A stretch of 64,000 bases of DNA from Octopus vulgaris (lineage: Eukaryota). Under the pieces are notes generated by a model that was given only the letters and a program-made list of their open reading frames with translations, did not search any database and was not told where the DNA came from. The number at the start of each line of letters is the position of its first letter. Positions within the stretch are counted from its first letter, which is position 1. This document shows positions 62,567-64,000 of this stretch, piece by piece. The position numbers were made by a program, and so were the translations under genes. Where the stretch lies: NCBI GenBank assembly GCA_951406725.2, contig OX597818.1, positions 2,728,001-2,792,000 on the forward strand. The letters are read 5' to 3'.

Positions 62567-64000
62567 ATTGGGCTAGCAACCCGACCCTGTAAAAGCTTAC
62601 AGTGCTAAAGAAATAATCAGTATCGCTACAAACAAAGATTTCGTGACTGATCCAGGGGAAAGCTGAGAGGTGTCCTGGACCCTAATGAAGAGCCAACTCC
62701 TAACTGCAAAAAAACTAACAAGGAACTTGGAATGTGGGGGACATTGTACTAGTGTAGCAGAGTGACACTGTTGCTGCAAGAATTTGACAACTATAAGTTG
62801 CGCATTTTGGGAGTAAGTGAAATATGCTAGATAGAAAGTGGAAAAATTACCATGCTCTACTCTGGACGTCAAGAGTACCATGTACCTAAGCACCAACAGA
62901 CGATGCAGAAGAAACAGAGAAGGATAATTTTTATTAACATGATGTGATCAGTAGCGCACCACGCTTTGGCATCAAGCTGGTTGTGAAGGACTGGAATGCT
63001 TAGCTAGATTCTATTTAGAGCAAGTGGAAGCAAAACAGCTGAAAATGGAAAGCACTTTTTGTTATTCTGTAGTATGAATGATCTGTACATTGGCAACACT
63101 TTCTTCCCATTTTCAAGACCATGACTCTATGGTAGTTAACTGATTCCAACCACTGCAACAGACCGGAGATTTGGAAGAACAATGGAATATGTTCAAAAGT
63201 GCTTTTACCCAAAGTGCAAGGATGTAAAAAGACGTATCAGGAAAGATGGATTACTCCAGATACATGGCAGTTGATTGACAGCAGGAAGGAAAAGAAAGAA
63301 GAAAGGACTAAACAAAAACAGAAAAACAGTAGTGTAGTGTCGAGTGGCAGATAGGCAGGTGAAGAGAGGATGCAGGAATGACAAAAGAAGATGGGTGGAA
63401 GATGAAAGAAGCTCAGAAGGCAATGACATCAGAACCCTATACAGAATCGCGAGAGATTTAACAGGATTAATAGAAGGGGGCAGTCTGCCAGTGAAGGCTA
63501 AGAATAAGAAGACTCTGCTAAGTGAAGAACAACAAAATGAAACCCTAAACTAACCAGCACTAACAGTAAAATTGAATTTAGAGGACCAACAAACAGAACA
63601 TTTGGCAGGAGAAAGGGGAGCAATAAGGGAAGATGAAGTGAGAGAAGCAGTGAAGAGACTAGAAAACAATAAAGTGCCTGGACTGGACAACATTTCAGCA
63701 AAATTGAACTGGCTATAGACATACCATGGATGACAAGGGACTGGCTAACAAGATTTGGAGTTTGCCTATGACATTGCCATGTCAGCTGAGAATCACCCAA
63801 CATTACAAGAAATATCAAAAATGGAAAGGGAAGTGGCAAAGACTGGGTTGAGAATCAGCAGTCAAAAAACAAAGGTAATGCAAGTTGGGGAAACAAGTAG
63901 AAAGTGTACCAGTGAAAGTTTGACAAGAACCAGTTGAAGTTACAAGTTTTACTTATCTGGGAAGCATAGTAACAAGCAACAGTGATGCAGAGACAGATGT
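62406..64000 (+). mobile_element. Heavily deleted RTE-type LINE of a different subfamily, including its 5' end
   Basis: GTWNV, ILGVSE, KVPGLDNI, EFAYDIA, KTKVM and FTYLGS remnants; tandem 116-bp 5' units. Confidence 0.7.

Overview
AT-rich eukaryotic genomic DNA. The repeat content suggests a coleoid cephalopod, probably Octopus; this is inferred from repeat style, not proven. The window holds seven internal coding exons (853 nt over about 48 kb, + strand) of uridine 5'-monophosphate synthase (UMPS): the C-terminal OPRT part, the linker and most of the OMP decarboxylase domain. The first and last exons appear to lie outside the window. The introns are filled with nested transposable elements: RTE-clade LINEs (one near full length, with a PHD finger inside ORF2), Penelope-like elements (Neptune- and Naiad-type), a piggyBac family (one decayed transposase copy and several deletion derivatives), Helitrons, a Tx1-like LINE, an RLE-type LINE and tRNA-derived SINEs. 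The most notable unannotated signals are: self-cleaving ribozyme motifs (several hammerheads, one downstream of a tRNA-like Pol III head, and tandem twister-like motifs at an RTE 5' end); a chimeric Helitron carrying a piggyBac end; a 48-bp target-site duplication; a probable gene-conversion tract between two LINEs flanking UMPS exons; and fold-back structures in the pre-mRNA. TE family names come from motif recognition only, and boundaries of decayed elements are approximate.
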